Source of the DNA: the human T2T-CHM13v2.0 reference genome, Homo sapiens
Direction: 5' to 3' (one strand)
Length of the DNA: 64,000 bases
NCBI RefSeq assembly: GCF_009914755.1
Contig: NC_060940.1
Shown here: positions 61,776-64,000 of the stretch, piece after piece
How the letters are laid out: every line of letters begins with the position of its first letter
How positions within the stretch are numbered: position 1 is the stretch's first letter
Notes under the pieces: generated by a model
What the model was told of the DNA's origin: nothing
What the model saw: the letters and a program-made list of their open reading frames with translations, nothing else
Database searches by the model: none
Position numbers and translations under genes: made by a program

Positions 61776-64000
61776 GTGAATGAACATACGTACATACATA
61801 TATACACACTGTTTTTTACAAGTGTATAGGGACTGTAAATGGCCTTTTAAGGCACAATTAACAAATATATATTGAGTTGAAAGAAACATGTTCTTGCACG
61901 CAGGATTCTACCTCCTGGAATGCATCTGATGACACTACTTGAAAATGTGCATAGAAATGCCCATGCTAGCATGTTGGTGGTGGACATATAAATAATAGAA
62001 AAACAAAACAAAACAAAAAGAAAGGTACATATATGTGAGGAATCTTTTTGATTACCCTGGGTTTTTAAGATAATGTTCATAGAAGCAAAGCAAGTCAAAT
62101 GAAGAACAACTGAGCAGGAAATGAGGGGGGAAAATACCCTCAGAGTAATAAGATTATCTCATTACACTTAAGTTTTGCTGATGCTTCAGGTTTCCTGGCT
62201 AAGTTATGCAGAAGCATCTCTCTCTGAAAACCTTCTTGCTGCAGAACAAACCATGTTTAGTGTCTGTATGTGTCTCAACTTCCCGTCTGCACCTGGGGGA
62301 TGGGAAAAAGGGCATGGTCCTTGCTTGTGTTTTGGAGTGAAAGAAACATTAAAGGTCTTGTAAACTTTACCAAGGATTCAACTTCCAACTTCCAACTACA
62401 GGCAGCCACTGTGTTTTTTTTTTTTAATGTATAATCAAGATGTACTTTGATTTGGACTCTATTGCTATTTGACCTGTATATGCAGTTTCAAGATAGCCCC
62501 ATACACCTGCCTGCAATGATCCTTCAGGAATAGAATGGGTTTCTGAGTTGAGGAACTTGGGAGTATACTGAGCCCTTTGTGTATTTTTATTAAGTTTCTC
62601 TATTTATGCCAGGAGAAGGCTGTGGACGAAAAGTAAAGGAGGGTATACTGGAATCCTGATGTCCAAAGATTCCAGTGTTCAAGGATTATTTGAACCCTTC
62701 AGATATCTCATTTTTGCTTTGTTCCTTCTGTCAGTCTTAGTAAAGGGTCCTGGAGTCAGAAGTTGCTGGGGCTTTCTTGGTTTCAGTGTCTACTTTTTAT
62801 TTAAGCCCATGGGTTTGGGAACAGGGTCCCACCACAGCACTTCACTGGGCACCTCCTGATCCTGGCCATGTGTCCTAAAGTCTGGCAGTTCTTGCATGTT
62901 CTCTGTGGGTTGAGGAGCAGGGAGGTCAATGAGTTAGCAGCAATCACAGGTGGCTTTCAGAGGTTCTTGTGAGGATATATTTTTGGATTTGGGTATTGGT
63001 TTTTCAGGACAGAAACAGACAAGTGGCCCATTAGGTGTCTGGAAATTCATAATGCAAAGTCATATCCACAACTTATTGTAAACAGAAACACAGAGAGAAA
63101 GAACCAGAGCATGCAAAGTTGATGATGATAATCCAGCTGAATGGGTCAGCTTAGATCATGGATGCTGAGCAGACTCTACAGATCATAGTGGGGCTCCCAG
63201 GGTGACTGAAGGGGAATGAGGTAGAGGGAGAGTTTCCCTCTTCAGCTGGACTTTTTGCTGCCTCAAAAATTCAGTTGATTGGGTTAGCTTTACATATGAT
63301 CTAATCAGTCCAATGCAGTCACATTTGATCTAATCATCTCCCCCACTTTCAAGCTAGGAAAGGATATTTTATTTGGTGTTTATTTTTTCTCTGCATTATT
63401 ATCTTATCACATATGCCTACATCTAATATAATGAACTATAATTTGATATTTGTCATTTCCAAGCATTTGAGAAATTATAACATCTGTGTGTACAATTTTA
63501 ACACTACATATAATTTTCTTCATGTGCAAAATATATATACACATGTCAATATGTGGTCTGTCTAATTCTGCATCTTGAAATCTGGGCAGGGTCTTAAATA
63601 CTTCTAGGTGGGTATTGGAGCACAAATCAGATAAGCATAAGTTCCTTGCATTCCTGTTCCTGTGCCCCCAGCTTTGAATTCCTGCTTATTAACACGATGA
63701 TGGGGCTCTGCAAGTCTCCCCTTATCTGTATCTAGGTCCCCAGGGCATTCACTGATGGAAAAATTTCTTACTGAGGTCATGATGAGTGGCAGGAGGGAGC
63801 AGTCTCTTCAGCCAATAGGACTGACCCATGTCCAGCTTAAGGGCTTAGAAAAGCAGGTTCACAAGAACAACCTGCACCTGATTCTGGGCATGTGAGAGAG
63901 AGCAAGCACCTTTCACTGGAGCTTCACCATAGGATGGGGAACTGAAGACCAGACTCCCACTGCCCCTCCATCCAATGCCCCATTGACCCACCTTTTTTCC

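Overview
Primate (most likely human) repeat-dense genomic DNA with no prokaryotic features. It contains the 3' half of a + strand KRAB zinc-finger gene that I recognise from its peptide as ZNF720 (KRBOX5); the KRAB exons lie upstream of the window. The large exon starts at 25144. A -1 frameshift near 25640 disconnects an otherwise intact 11-finger C2H2 array (25646-27097) from the KRAB frame. An internal GTAAGT donor at 25279 can splice to a terminal exon exonised from an old L1 (30735), giving the KRAB-only C-terminus ...EWESEGKIILW*. The most interesting candidate is a cryptic acceptor at 25832 that is exactly in phase to splice out the frameshift and restore a KRAB + 11-finger protein; this is inference only. 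The rest is transposable elements: a five-level nested L1/Alu stack in the intron, a MER9 solo LTR, a 3'-truncated HML-5 (HERV-K22/LTR22) provirus whose RT core is replaced by a tail-less young L1 fragment, two near full-length L1PA elements, a complete THE1 inside Tigger3, Alus, a GATA microsatellite and several fold-back or duplication repair scars. Subfamily labels and the gene name come from recall of consensus sequences, not from a search.
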